Under the pieces are notes generated by a model, which made no database searches, had not been told where the DNA came from, and saw only the letters and a program-made list of their open reading frames with translations. DNA of 32,000 bases from contig NZ_CP026606.1 of the NCBI RefSeq assembly GCF_002945325.1, forward strand, positions 1,230,001 through 1,262,000, in the 5' to 3' direction. The position numbers and the translations under genes were made by a program. The stretch is from Methanococcus maripaludis (lineage in GTDB: Archaea > AGJL01 > Methanococci > Methanococcales > Methanococcaceae). Shown here piece by piece: positions 1-10,059 of this stretch; the first letter of the stretch is position 1, and every line of letters starts with the position of its first letter.

Positions 1-758
1 TTAAAACCCATTGAAATTAAAACTTCGTTTACTTCCTGAATCATTTTTGACATCGGGTGTGCTTTTGCAGGGTAAACATCTTCTGTAGGAATTTTTGCAT
101 CATATGGCCTTATAAAGTAGTCTTTCCATTTTCCACTTACAATCATTTCCCTTGTAAGCTGGGTAATTTCTTCTTTTATTTCTATTGGATTTTTAATAAA
201 TTCAGTTCCTGCATCCTTAATTTCAAAACTTCTATCAACTACTTCTTTTAAGTTTAAAAAACCTCTTTTTTTCAGGTTTTCAACTATTTTAACTTCGTCT
301 TTTGAATATATTGATAAATCAGGGTTGATTGAAACTTTTTTTAATATTTCTTCTTCAATATCTTCGTAGTCTAAATTTTTAAATACAATATTTCCTTTAT
401 CTATCTCGACCAATCCTTTTTTCTTTAAATTACCAAGTGCGGCTCCTGTTTCGTCCTTTTCTAAAATTTTTGAGAGTTCTTTTATCGGGATTGATTCCAA
501 ATTATTTTCTTTGATATAATTTGCAACTTTTCTCTCGGGAATTCCAAAATCAATGGAATTTTTACCAAGTTTAGTTAATTCACAAAGTTTTGTTTTATTT
601 TCAATAATTTCAAGAAAATCTCGCCCTGAAAGCCAAAATGCTGCTCTCATTACTTTTTCTTTTTCAATATATTTTGAAAGTTCTTCTAAATTCATCGTTT
701 TTTTATTAGATTCCTGAAATGCCTTTAATAATCTTTTTTCGTCGTTATGAAGTTCCAT
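1..758 (-). CDS. pheS: Phenylalanyl-tRNA synthetase alpha subunit, N-terminal part (3' end beyond window start)
   Basis: Hand translation of the minus strand from ATG at 758: [48 protein letters not shown]...[27 protein letters not shown]. Open to the window edge, hence absent from the ORF track; archaeal PheS N-terminal wHTH and class II motif-1 region. Confidence 0.87.
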   Translation of the reverse strand, partial: MELHNDEKRLLKAFQESNKKTMNLEELSKYIEKEKVMRAAFWLSGRDFLEIIENKTKLCELTKLGKNSIDFGIPERKVANYIKENNLESIPIKELSKILEKDETGAALGNLKKKGLVEIDKGNIVFKNLDYEDIEEEILKKVSINPDLSIYSKDEVKIVENLKKRGFLNLKEVVDRSFEIKDAGTEFIKNPIEIKEEITQLTREMIVSGKWKDYFIRPYDAKIPTEDVYPAKAHPMSKMIQEVNEVLISMGF

Positions 759-837
759 TATTTTCACCTTTATGAACATATAACAATATAAACACCAATT
801 ATTTAATATATCCTATAATTTAGTTTTTGGTGGTTTC

Positions 838-1836
838 ATGAATAGGGGCGCTCAAATTTACAGAAACACTAGTAGTTCCATAGATAAAAATATTGTCGAT
901 AAAATTTACAGTGAAGGCTACTCAATAGCCCAATACGGACTTTATACGAGGCGAGAAAAGGGTTACAAGACTTTTAAAGTTGCAGTTGATGCAGGATTCT
1001 CATGCCCTAATAAAGATGGGACAATTGATACAGAAGGTTGCATTTTCTGTCCAAAAATGGGAAGGCCGATAAGTGTTGAATACTGCAATGTTAAATATTC
1101 CTTAAAAGAGCAGATTGAACATCAAATACAGAGGAATAAAGAAAAGGGAATTGAAAAATTTTACGTTTATTTTTATCCTGGAACAAATACTCATGCATCA
1201 CCAGAATATTTAAAAGAATTGTGGGATTTTGCACTTTCTTTTGATGATGTTATAGGAATTTCAATTGGAACAAGGCCCGACTGCCTTGAAGATGAAAAAC
1301 TTGATATTTTAGAAAATTATGTGAAAGAAGGCTATGAAATCTGGATCGATCTAGGAATCCAGACAATGCACGATAAAACTCTTGATTTTCTAAATAGGAA
1401 GCATTCTTCAGACGATGTAAGAAGAGTTCTTAGGGAATGTAAACAAAGAGGGATTTTGGTATGTGGTCACATAATTTTAGGACTTCCTGATGAAAGCTGG
1501 GATATGATGATGGAAACTGCAAAAATTTTGTCTGATTTAGAAATTGACGCATTAAAGATTTACCCGCTTGTTGTTGTTGAAAATACAAAACTTGAAGAGA
1601 TATACTGGAAAGGAGAATACAAATCTTTAGACGAAAAACAGTACATTCATCTTGTTGCTGATTTTTTAGAACACTTATCTCCGTATGTAATCATTCAAAG
1701 AGTTTCAAAGGACAAAGTGCCAGAAGAAATAAAAATTTCACCAGAATGGTCTTTAAAAAGGCTCAGAATTTTAAATGAAGTTTCAAAATTATTGGATAAA
1801 CGAAAAACAAAACAGGGCTCAAAATATGAAAAATAA
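838..1836 (+). CDS. TIGR01212/YhcC-like radical SAM protein
   Basis: YGLYTRREKGYKTFKVAVDAGFSCPNKDGTIDTEGCIFC and TNTHASPEYLKELWDFAL...IGISIGTRPDCL are characteristic of the TIGR01212 radical SAM family. Confidence 0.88.
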   Translation: MNRGAQIYRNTSSSIDKNIVDKIYSEGYSIAQYGLYTRREKGYKTFKVAVDAGFSCPNKDGTIDTEGCIFCPKMGRPISVEYCNVKYSLKEQIEHQIQRNKEKGIEKFYVYFYPGTNTHASPEYLKELWDFALSFDDVIGISIGTRPDCLEDEKLDILENYVKEGYEIWIDLGIQTMHDKTLDFLNRKHSSDDVRRVLRECKQRGILVCGHIILGLPDESWDMMMETAKILSDLEIDALKIYPLVVVENTKLEEIYWKGEYKSLDEKQYIHLVADFLEHLSPYVIIQRVSKDKVPEEIKISPEWSLKRLRILNEVSKLLDKRKTKQGSKYEK

Positions 1837-1849
1837 AAATTAATCTAAA

Positions 1850-2464
1850 TTAAAATAGAGGAAGTGTTTTTCTAATATCTTTTTCAATTTTTGACATTTC
1901 TTTTGCATAAATTTCTGCAATTTCTTCCATAATTTCAAAAGTATTTTCAATTCCCATATCTTTTAACCCAACTGCAGAAACGTGGGAAGGAACACCATCA
2001 CTTTTTACGTTTATTCCGAGGTGGATTTTTCCAGAACTAATTCCCCGGCATGCGATGCAGACAGATAATTTTTTATCATTAAAATAAAGGTCGTCTCCTG
2101 ACTTTTTTAATTTTAAGTTGCTTTGATTTTCAATTACTTCTTTTGCGGTTGAAACTAAAATTCTTTGTCTCAAATAAGTCATTTTTAAATCCGGATTATC
2201 AAAATGTTCGACGATAAAATTAATCGCTTCTGAGGATTGAATTGGAATTTCAACGTCTTTTTCTTCTTTAACATCTTTTAAATCTTTCATATTTTCTATT
2301 TTAACGTTCATTGGACCTATAAATCCAACAATACTATCTTTTTGAACGTCAAACGTGTTAAATGCCCATAATGGTTCGATTTCTTTTCCAGTATATGATT
2401 TAAATTCTTCTAAAATAACTGCAGAAATTGTATCAAAATCGATTTTTTTCATAAATTTCACCAA
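1850..2464 (-). CDS. DUF366-like conserved archaeal protein; actual start may be internal Met at codon 5 (MKKIDF...)
   Basis: Full-length ORF with LWAFNTFDVQKDSIVGFIGPMNV; family call from recalled similarity. Confidence 0.6.
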   Translation of the reverse strand: MVKFMKKIDFDTISAVILEEFKSYTGKEIEPLWAFNTFDVQKDSIVGFIGPMNVKIENMKDLKDVKEEKDVEIPIQSSEAINFIVEHFDNPDLKMTYLRQRILVSTAKEVIENQSNLKLKKSGDDLYFNDKKLSVCIACRGISSGKIHLGINVKSDGVPSHVSAVGLKDMGIENTFEIMEEIAEIYAKEMSKIEKDIRKTLPLF

Positions 2465-2533
2465 AATTTCTTTCTTTTTAAATTATACAAAAGAAAGGAA
2501 AATAAAATAATATTCACTTCAAAAGGAGTTCCA

Positions 2534-2549
2534 AGAACCGTTAGGTTCT
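2534..2549 (-). terminator. Possible 3'-UTR hairpin of the S-layer-like gene (AGAACC-TAAC-GGTTCT on the minus strand)
   Basis: Perfect 6-bp inverted repeat with 4-nt loop, starting 4 nt past the stop codon. Terminator role is inference. Confidence 0.4.
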
Positions 2550-2553
2550 GAGA

Positions 2554-3894
2554 TTAGATAGCACTTACGCTATCGTCACCAGTTAATTTTACAACTAAAT
2601 TGCCAGATCCTGAATAAAGGCCCTGATTAAGTGCTAAAACACAGGCTTTTGTTCCATCCCTGTCTGATCCTGCGAGAACTAATATTTTACTGTTGCCATT
2701 GTTTGGATTGGTAATTGTTTGAATTACTCCTTTTCCTTCTCCAGGGTAGTCATTTGTAACTTCAACACTTAAACTATTTTGAATGCTTTCTGTAACTTTG
2801 TTTGAAACAGGTCCGCCGATCAAAATTAAGTCTGATGAAGCACTCAAAAGTTCGTCCTGATCAACTAATTGAACTGAACCTTGGTAATCCACGATTTTGT
2901 CATATTTTTTATTGTTTTTATAAAGATATAGTTCATCGTCCCAGTCGTTTTCTTCATCATTGTCTAATTTAACTGCAAATATGTTATTTCCGAAGTATTT
3001 TGTACCTTCATCCATATCATATTCGTAGCTCTCAGTCTGAGTTACTGTGAAAAATACAGTTAAATCTTCACTGCTTACGTCTGTAAGTTCTACGTTATAA
3101 TTTAATAGTTCAAAGTTTTTGGATAAACTTTTAGGACTGTCGTAATCTAAAGTTATTTTTTTACCATCGATTTCTACATCAAATTCTCCGTTATCTTCGA
3201 AAGATTCGCCATCTTCAAGTTCAAGGGAGTCAGAGAGTTCAAAGAAAAAGTATGGTGTATCTCCACTTGTCAAATATTCATCATAATACAAAGAAAGGCT
3301 TGAACCGGATATCATGCAGCTGTCATCAGGGTACATTTTTAAGTTGTCAACCCTATCGTTTCCTTTGTAGACGCTAACCATTATTTCGCCATCTGAATTA
3401 CTGGCTACTACTTTGATGGTATAGCCTTCATAGTTAAATTCATCAGAGGTTTCAAAATCTTCGATAGTGTTTCCAAGAACTATTTTTCCAGATTCGTATT
3501 CAAGTACTCTATAGGTTTTTCCCATAAAGGTTACTTCGTCCCCTTCATCGTCAGATTCAATTTCTTCTTCATATTCAAAGTTTTTGTAAGTAACTGTTTC
3601 ACCAGATTTTGTAAATTCCACTAACAAGTTACCCTTACCGTCATTAATTTCAAATTCATCGATTGCAGGAACGTTATAAATAATATTTTCATTAACAACA
3701 ATTTCGTTATCAGAATTTACTTCAATGGTCCTTTTCGTGTAATATTTATCCATTAAAAGTTCTGCGTAGCTTTTATCAACTTTTTCGCTATTTACTACAA
3801 TTAATGGGTCATCTACAACCATACCATAAGATATGGGTAGTGTGCAGAGTACAGTTAAAATAAATAGTGCTATTAATTTACTGGGGGCACTCAT
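2554..3894 (-). CDS. S-layer-related secreted protein with methanococcal S-layer C-terminal signature
   Basis: N-terminal signal peptide MSAPSKLIALFILTVLCTLPISYG; acidic composition; C-terminal DLILIGGPVSNKVTE...GKGVIQTITNPNNGNSKILVLAGSDRDGTKACVLAL resembles methanococcal S-layer proteins; RBS GGTGATTG before ATG. Confidence 0.82.
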   Translation of the reverse strand: MSAPSKLIALFILTVLCTLPISYGMVVDDPLIVVNSEKVDKSYAELLMDKYYTKRTIEVNSDNEIVVNENIIYNVPAIDEFEINDGKGNLLVEFTKSGETVTYKNFEYEEEIESDDEGDEVTFMGKTYRVLEYESGKIVLGNTIEDFETSDEFNYEGYTIKVVASNSDGEIMVSVYKGNDRVDNLKMYPDDSCMISGSSLSLYYDEYLTSGDTPYFFFELSDSLELEDGESFEDNGEFDVEIDGKKITLDYDSPKSLSKNFELLNYNVELTDVSSEDLTVFFTVTQTESYEYDMDEGTKYFGNNIFAVKLDNDEENDWDDELYLYKNNKKYDKIVDYQGSVQLVDQDELLSASSDLILIGGPVSNKVTESIQNSLSVEVTNDYPGEGKGVIQTITNPNNGNSKILVLAGSDRDGTKACVLALNQGLYSGSGNLVVKLTGDDSVSAI

Positions 3895-3999
3895 TCAATC
3901 ACCATGTAATTTTTGAGAAAAGATATATTTACTACCTTAATATAATATTCAAATAGCATTTATAGTTTACTTTTTTGTTTGGTTTATAAGGTGATATTT

Positions 4000-4557
4000 T
4001 TGGTAACAACGGAAGAAATCAGTTTAAAAAATGAATTGATAAGATTATTGAAAGAAGTAAATTGCGTAAAGTTTGGTGACTTTACATTGGCCTCTGGAAA
4101 GCAGAGTAAATATTACGTAGATATTAAAAAGGCTACTACCAACCCTAAAGTTTTAAAAGCAGCTGCAAAACTTGTAAATTATTATGTTTCAAAAGAAAAC
4201 AATGAAAATTTAAAAATTGCAGGAGTAGAACTCGGTTCAGTATCAATTGCAACAGCAGTATCTTTAGAAACTGAAAAAGACCTTTTAATAATTAGAAAAA
4301 AGGCAAAAGAATACGGAACTAAAAATAAAATTGAAGGGGAATTAAATCCCGGCGATAATGTAATTGTAATGGAAGACGTTACAACAACCGGTGGAAGCGT
4401 TTCAAAAGCAGTAGATGAGATAAGGGCAGTTTCTGGAAACGTTAACAAAATTTACGTGATTGTGGACAGACAAGAAGGTGCAAAAGAGAATTTGGCCGAA
4501 AATAACGTTGAATTAATCCCTCTCGTTACAATCGAAGAGCTTGGACTCAATAAATAA
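4000..4557 (+). CDS. pyrE: Orotate phosphoribosyltransferase (ORF track starts at 3979; TTG at 4000 behind AAGGTGAT is the more likely start)
   Basis: CVKFGDFTLASGKQSKYYVDIKKA and PRPP motif VIVMEDVTTTGGSVSKAV. Confidence 0.93.
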   Translation: MVTTEEISLKNELIRLLKEVNCVKFGDFTLASGKQSKYYVDIKKATTNPKVLKAAAKLVNYYVSKENNENLKIAGVELGSVSIATAVSLETEKDLLIIRKKAKEYGTKNKIEGELNPGDNVIVMEDVTTTGGSVSKAVDEIRAVSGNVNKIYVIVDRQEGAKENLAENNVELIPLVTIEELGLNK

Positions 4558-4602
4558 TTTTTAATTAATTATTAACTAATTTTAAATTTCAGGTAGATTT
4601 TC

Positions 4603-5871
4603 ATGATTTTAGTAAAAGATGCAATTATAACCGGAAAAAAGCAGGATCTGCTTGTAGATGGAAATATTATTAAAAAAATTGGAAATATTTCAATTTCAGA
4701 AGTTTCAAAAGACGAAACAGAAATAATTGACGGAAAAAACTGTGTTTTAATTCCTGGATTAATAAATACACACACTCACGTTCCAATGTCTCTTTTTAGG
4801 GGGGTTGCAGATGATATCCCATTAATGGAATGGTTAAGCGGGCACATCTGGCCAATGGAATCAAAATTAAATGAAAAAATAGTTTACGCAGGAACTCTTC
4901 TTGGAACAATTGAGATGATTAAAAGTGGAACTACTGCATTTAATGACATGTATTTTTTCCTTGATTCGATAATTAAAGCAGTTGATGAAACAGGAATTCG
5001 ATCAAGAATTGCATACGGAATGATTGATTTATTTGACGAAGAAAAACGAGAAAAAGAATTAAAAACTGCGAAAGAGTCTCTTGAAATGATTAAAAACTTG
5101 AATAATTCAAGAATTAATGGAGCTTTGGGGCCTCATGCACCATATACATGTTCAAAAGAGATTCTCGAAAGTACAAATGCCCTTGCAAGAGAATTCAATG
5201 TTCCAATTCATATTCACATGAATGAAACACTGGATGAAATAAATCAGGTCGTAGAAAAAACAGGAATGCGACCTTTTGAATACTTAAATTCTTTTGGATT
5301 TTTCGATAATGTAAACACAATCTGTGCGCACTGCGTTCATTTGAGTGATTCAGAAATTCAAATAATGAAAGAAAAAAATATATTTGCAGCCCACAATCCA
5401 GTAAGTAATTTAAAGTTAGCATCAGGAGTTTCTCCAGTTTTAAAATTGCTTGAAAACAATGTTCCCGTAACTCTTGGAACTGACGGCTGTGGAAGTAACA
5501 ACAATATGAATTTGTTTGAAGAAATAAAAGCAGCAGCTTTGATACACAAAGGTGTAAATTTAAACCCGGTCGCAGTAACTGCAAAAGAAGCATTTGATTT
5601 TGCAACGTTAAACGGTGCAAAAGCACTCAATATTAATTCAGGAGAAATAAAAGAAGGAAAACTTGCAGATTTCGTACTCATCAACATGAAAAAGCCGTAT
5701 TTAACTCCTAAAGAAAATATCGAATCGCATTTAGTTTATTCATTTAACGGTGCAGTCGACAAAGTTGTAATTGATGGTAAACTGGTGTTAAATGATGGAA
5801 AAATGGTTAATATTGATGAAGAAAAAGTTTATGAAATTGCAGAAGAAGCATACTTTGAATTAGCCAACTAA
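4603..5871 (+). CDS. dadD: 5'-deoxyadenosine / 5'-methylthioadenosine / S-adenosylhomocysteine deaminase (amidohydrolase family)
   Basis: LIPGLINTHTHVPMSLFRGVADDIPLMEWLSGHIWPME, CAHCVHLSDSE, TLGTDGCGSNNNMNLFEE; typical MtaD/SahH-deaminase/DadD architecture. Confidence 0.9.
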   Translation: MILVKDAIITGKKQDLLVDGNIIKKIGNISISEVSKDETEIIDGKNCVLIPGLINTHTHVPMSLFRGVADDIPLMEWLSGHIWPMESKLNEKIVYAGTLLGTIEMIKSGTTAFNDMYFFLDSIIKAVDETGIRSRIAYGMIDLFDEEKREKELKTAKESLEMIKNLNNSRINGALGPHAPYTCSKEILESTNALAREFNVPIHIHMNETLDEINQVVEKTGMRPFEYLNSFGFFDNVNTICAHCVHLSDSEIQIMKEKNIFAAHNPVSNLKLASGVSPVLKLLENNVPVTLGTDGCGSNNNMNLFEEIKAAALIHKGVNLNPVAVTAKEAFDFATLNGAKALNINSGEIKEGKLADFVLINMKKPYLTPKENIESHLVYSFNGAVDKVVIDGKLVLNDGKMVNIDEEKVYEIAEEAYFELAN

Positions 5872-5873
5872 TT

Positions 5874-6695
<822 letters not shown>

Positions 6696-6732
6696 TTATA
6701 ATAATTAATAGTTATGTACTATTGGTGAAAAA

Positions 6733-8433
6733 ATGGACATGTTGGAAATGGCTTTAAATATTGCCAAAGACATCGAAAAAAGTGTTAAACCTTTAATTGG
6801 ATGGGAAAAATCTAACGAAGTCGTCAAAATCGGAGCAGACGGTACTCCGACAAAAAGAATCGATTTGATCGCGGAAAACGTTGCTATAAACTCGATAGAA
6901 AAGGTTTGTTCAGCAATTTTAATAAGTGAAGAGATAGGATTTAAGAAAATAGGTAAGAATAAGCCCGAATACGTTATAGTCCTCGATCCAGTCGATGGAA
7001 CTTACAATTCATTAAAAGACATTCCTTTTTATTCTGCAGCAGTTGCAATCGGCAGAATTGATAAATTTACAGATAATCTCGAAGAACTGATAAATAACCT
7101 TAAAATGAAAGACCTTGAGGTAGGGGTTGTTCGAAATATTGCGACAGGGGATACTTATTATGCTGAAAAAGGAAAAGGCGCTCATTTTTTAAGAAAAGGC
7201 GAAAAAAAATCAATTTCAATTTCAAATTCGTCAAATTTAAAAGATTCTTCGATAGGACTTTTTGCACACGATATCTCAATAGATACTCTTAAATTTATAA
7301 AAGATAGGCGATTCAGAAGAATCAGGCTTTTTGGATCGATTGCTCTTGAAATGTGTTATGTTGCAAAAGGTGCACTCGATGCATTTATCAACGTAAATGA
7401 AACCACCCGGCTTTGTGATATTGCCGCAGGATATGTCATAATCAAAGAAGCTGGCGGAATTGTAACTGATAAAAACGGTCAAGAAGTAAATCTAGATCTC
7501 GATGTCAATTCAAAGGTCTCAGTTATATGTTCAAATGAAATGCTTCACAAAAAGCTTGTTGGAATATTTGGAAACCGCTGGAGAATTAAGCCGACCAACT
7601 TTGGAATAATTTCAAGAATTGATAATGAAGAATCGATAGAAGTTGCAGATAATGTAATAAAATATTTAGATTCAAAAGGGATTAAATACGAACTCGATAG
7701 CAGTACTTACGATGCATTAAAAAACCGCTTAACTAAAAAATGTGATATTATCTCAAATATTGAGGAAATATCCCACATGATATCTATCGGTGGGGATGGA
7801 ACAGTACTTAGAGCATCAAAAATGATTGAAGGAAATGAAATACCAATGATCTGCATAAATATGGGAACTGTTGGATTTTTGACCGAATTTAACAAAGATG
7901 AAATATTTTCTGCAATCGATTCTATAATTTGTGGAAACTATAAAGTCGAGAAAAGAACAAAACTTATGGGATTTGCAAAGCTTTCTGACGGAAAACAGCA
8001 TATATTAAGCGATTCTTTAAATGAAGTTGTGATTACGACTAAAAATCCTGCAAAAATGATGCATTTTGAAGTATATATCGATGGAAGTCTTGTAGAAGAT
8101 GTTAGGGCTGATGGAATAATTGTTTCAACTCCAAATGGATCTACAGCATATTCTTTAAGTTCTGGCGGTCCGATAATTGAGCCAACTGTCGAAGGATTTG
8201 TAATTGTTCCAATATGTCCGTTTAAACTTTCATCTCGGCCATTGGTGGTCAATGCAAATTCAGAAATAAAAATAAAACTTCTGAAAAAATCTACGTATGT
8301 TGTAATTGATGGGAATACTGAATTTGAAGCAAAAAAAGGTGACGAGATAATTTTAAGAAAGTCTGAATCAAATGCGTACTTTGTAAAAGGAGATAATTTT
8401 TACAACAAGCTGAAAAAATTAAGTTTAATGTAA
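6733..8433 (+). CDS. Bifunctional NADP phosphatase / NAD kinase (inositol-monophosphatase-like domain fused to NAD kinase)
   Basis: N-terminal IMPase motifs (ILISEEIGF, VLDPVDGTYNSLKDIPFYSAA); C-terminal NAD kinase motifs (SIGGDGTVLRASKM, GTVGFLTEF, DGIIVSTPNGSTAYSLSSGGPI). RBS GGTGA upstream. Confidence 0.93.
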   Translation: MDMLEMALNIAKDIEKSVKPLIGWEKSNEVVKIGADGTPTKRIDLIAENVAINSIEKVCSAILISEEIGFKKIGKNKPEYVIVLDPVDGTYNSLKDIPFYSAAVAIGRIDKFTDNLEELINNLKMKDLEVGVVRNIATGDTYYAEKGKGAHFLRKGEKKSISISNSSNLKDSSIGLFAHDISIDTLKFIKDRRFRRIRLFGSIALEMCYVAKGALDAFINVNETTRLCDIAAGYVIIKEAGGIVTDKNGQEVNLDLDVNSKVSVICSNEMLHKKLVGIFGNRWRIKPTNFGIISRIDNEESIEVADNVIKYLDSKGIKYELDSSTYDALKNRLTKKCDIISNIEEISHMISIGGDGTVLRASKMIEGNEIPMICINMGTVGFLTEFNKDEIFSAIDSIICGNYKVEKRTKLMGFAKLSDGKQHILSDSLNEVVITTKNPAKMMHFEVYIDGSLVEDVRADGIIVSTPNGSTAYSLSSGGPIIEPTVEGFVIVPICPFKLSSRPLVVNANSEIKIKLLKKSTYVVIDGNTEFEAKKGDEIILRKSESNAYFVKGDNFYNKLKKLSLM

Positions 8434-8464
8434 AATAAATTTTTAAGTTCTTTTTTAATTTTCT

Positions 8465-8623
8465 TTATTTTTTTCTAAAAACAAGATTTTTTAAGAAGTA
8501 TTTCATTTTAAATGCTAAAATTATGAGAATTAATAATGCAATTATCAGGTAAATTAAATCTAATGTAATATCGAGTAAATCCCGAAATAATGCATTTATT
8601 AAATTATTTGCTAGTTCATCCAT
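8465..8623 (-). CDS. Putative 52-aa single-pass membrane microprotein downstream of tldD
   Basis: Hand translation: MDELANNLINALFRDLLDITLDLIYLIIALLILIILAFKMKYFLKNLVFRKK*; below the length cutoff of the track; hydrophobic segment followed by Lys/Arg-rich tail; begins 12 nt after the tldD stop. Confidence 0.5.
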   Translation of the reverse strand: MDELANNLINALFRDLLDITLDLIYLIIALLILIILAFKMKYFLKNLVFRKK

Positions 8624-8635
8624 ATTTTCACGAAT

Positions 8636-10012
8636 TTATGAAAGTGTAGTTTTTGTTCTAACACTTCCTCCACCATCTCCTACTGGAACACTCTGACCTC
8701 CTTTTCCACAGTATCCAACACTTAATTCAAATTCGTCAGATACTGCATCGATGTGATGTAAAATATCTAAAATTTCACCGCTGAGTCCTGCATCTCTTAG
8801 TGGTTTTGTTAATTTTCCATCTTCAATTAAAAATGCTTCAACAGCGTTAAATTGGAACAGCCCTTTTCCAGTATCCACCTGTCCACCCCTTGAACCTTTT
8901 AAAAATATACCTGTTTTTGTATCTTCTAAAAGTTCGTCAAATTTCCATGAACCCGGTTTAATGTATGTATTACTCATTCTAACGATTGGTTTATTTAACC
9001 CTTCTGCTCTTGCATTTCCTGTAACGTCCATGTTAAGTCTTCCAGCAGTTTCTCTTGAATGTAAATATCCATTTAAAACTCCATTTTCAATCAATGTAGT
9101 TTTTTCTCCCTTAACTCCTTCATGGTCGTATTTGTACTGTCCAAACGATTTTTCGATTGTTGCGTCATCAATTACGGTTACTTCTTCGCTACCAACTGAA
9201 TTTCCTAGTTTATCGTGAAATACGCTGTCATTTTGTAAAACAAGGTCTGCTTCAGCAGCGTGCCCTACAGCTTCGTGAATGAATACTCCTGCAAGTTCTG
9301 GGTCTAATATTACATCAAAAGTTCCCTTTGGACAGCTTTCTGCGGTTAAAAGTCTTACAGCTCTTTCTTTGGTATTTTTAGCCATCTCTTCAATTTTTGC
9401 ATTTTTAATTACTTCAAATCCGTTTCCACCGATTCTATCAAATGCAAACTGCAATGTTCCATCTTTTGCAATTGCAGTCATTCTTAAAAGTGCTTTAACA
9501 CTTTCATTTTCAATTCTGGTTCCTTCACTGGTCATCAAAATGGAATGGCCTTCTCCATCACTGTAGCTAACAGAAGTGCTGACTATTTTTTCCCCAGACA
9601 TGTTTCCATGTGCTGATTTTAAATATTCTTTTTTTTCTTCGATTGAAATGTTTTCAGGATGAATTTTTACATCTGCTTTTATATTGTCCTGAATTACGGG
9701 GATTTCTTTCAATTCAATCGATTTTTTTGTATGTATATTGGATATTTTTGCCATATCATGCGCTTTTTTAATTATTTCTGCAATGTTTTTCAGGGAAACG
9801 TTATTTGAAGTAGCAAGTCCCCATCCGTTTTTTTCAAGTACTCTAACAATTACTCCTGAAGAAATACCTGAAGAAATTTCGTCTATTATTCCATCTTTTT
9901 GTATGATATTGTTTGATTCACCAGTAACAATTCTTAAATCTGCATAAGTTCCAATTTCAAGTAATTTTTCAAGTTTTTCAATGTTTAAATCAAGATCGTT
10001 CAAAAAACTCAC
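8636..10012 (-). CDS. tldD: TldD/PmbA family metalloprotease, TldD-like (GTG start)
   Basis: VFIHEAVGHAAEADLV (HExxxH-type motif), SRETAGRLNMDVTGNARAE, IFLKGSRGGQVDTGKGLFQFN. Confidence 0.9.
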   Translation of the reverse strand: MSFLNDLDLNIEKLEKLLEIGTYADLRIVTGESNNIIQKDGIIDEISSGISSGVIVRVLEKNGWGLATSNNVSLKNIAEIIKKAHDMAKISNIHTKKSIELKEIPVIQDNIKADVKIHPENISIEEKKEYLKSAHGNMSGEKIVSTSVSYSDGEGHSILMTSEGTRIENESVKALLRMTAIAKDGTLQFAFDRIGGNGFEVIKNAKIEEMAKNTKERAVRLLTAESCPKGTFDVILDPELAGVFIHEAVGHAAEADLVLQNDSVFHDKLGNSVGSEEVTVIDDATIEKSFGQYKYDHEGVKGEKTTLIENGVLNGYLHSRETAGRLNMDVTGNARAEGLNKPIVRMSNTYIKPGSWKFDELLEDTKTGIFLKGSRGGQVDTGKGLFQFNAVEAFLIEDGKLTKPLRDAGLSGEILDILHHIDAVSDEFELSVGYCGKGGQSVPVGDGGGSVRTKTTLS

Positions 10013-10059
10013 GATTTCACCAAGTTAATAATTAATAAGATAATTCATTTTCTTTTTAA

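Noticed and set aside
57-251. 64-aa plus-strand ORF
   Set aside because: Antisense to the pheS fragment.
5195-5687. Minus-strand ORFs 5195-5626 and 5358-5687
   Set aside because: Antisense to dadD; low-complexity Leu/Phe-rich translations.
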